A stretch of DNA of 64,000 bases from Anthoceros angustus (Eukaryota; Plantae; Anthocerotophyta). Position 1 is the first letter of the stretch, and each line of letters begins with the position of its first letter. Below the pieces are notes generated by a model that was not told where the DNA came from, searched no databases, and saw only the letters and a program-made list of their open reading frames with translations. This document shows, one piece after another, positions 63,501-64,000 of this stretch. The stretch covers positions 124,001 to 188,000 of the forward strand of contig VJWM01000135.1 in the NCBI GenBank assembly GCA_010909165.1. The letters run 5' to 3'. The position numbers were made by a program, and so were the translations under genes.

Positions 63501-64000
63501 GACCTCAAGTATCTCCAATGCATCAATAGAAATCACTGGATCTTGAACATTTTGTGCCCAAATATTGAGAACCAAAGGTGAAATTATGGATTCCACAGCT
63601 GCTGTTGCCTGCTCATCTGCATAGGTTTTCATGGACAAGTGCTACAATTCAGCTGAAGTCAAACAAAGATTGTCATGAAAGCCTGTTGTGAACAGAGTAA
63701 CAACACACCTACACTCACAGCACACTGTAAGGTCTCCAGCACCAAGTGCAGAGTTTCATCTGATGCCTGCGCGGCACAGACACGATCAGCATAGTCATGT
63801 GCTAAACACGATGCGCGATCCAAATTGCCTAGGAAGTGGAGATCCTATCTCTTATACCAACTTGTACATCACCCTGCTCTATATATAACCTAGCCAGAAG
63901 AGACAGACGTACGTAGCTGCAGTGTTCCTGTCGTAGAAGACAAAAAGCTTAAAGATAGGCTGACTGACCTGTTGCAAAAGTTTTCCAAGAGCATTGAACA
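60525..64000 (-). CDS. IPO9: Importin-9 (importin-beta family), multi-exon 3' part; 5' end lies beyond the window
   Basis: Exons include MENSASLFVGSL...SLLLVFARLV, MSAPNVEQFIDLL...MSEWTKHQG, GIVTRSRSK...WTSVPLPAK, SDPINE, INLAAYLVDFIKQF (60796-60716) and last exon 60575-60525. Confidence 0.88.

Noticed and set aside
1-64000. tRNA or rRNA genes
   Set aside because: None recognised; the only tRNA complementarity is the Copia PBS.

Overview
Plant nuclear DNA. The short 50-110 bp introns and the gene content suggest a compact seed-free land-plant genome such as a lycophyte or hornwort; that taxonomy is inference. Host genes: an intronless orphan ~7-TM membrane protein plus a decayed paralogue, a pectate lyase with an unusual acidic/RRLL/poly-Lys N-terminus, two inverted epoxide hydrolase copies (one frameshifted), a universal stress protein, the 3' part of importin-9, and two importin-9 fragments. 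About 70% of the window is transposable elements, including nested Ty1/Copia elements (one complete with LTRs, PBS, PPT and a GTAAT TSD). The main discovery is a nested pair of methyltransferase-carrying elements. A Ty3/Gypsy-like element (Gag, retropepsin, C5-cytosine DNA methyltransferase; RT not present in the window) is split by a 15.9-kb DNA transposon at 29216-45090. That transposon has 18-bp TIRs and an ATGG 4-bp TSD, and removing it restores the host reading frame. It encodes a Sola-like/DUF7869-type transposase head-to-head with a ParB-like + beta-class N6A/N4C methyltransferase gene, and is studded with CATG-centred palindrome arrays. Many frameshifts and 0.14-1.9 kb tandem duplications inside repeats may be long-read or assembly artefacts. 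All homology calls come from motif recognition, not database searches.
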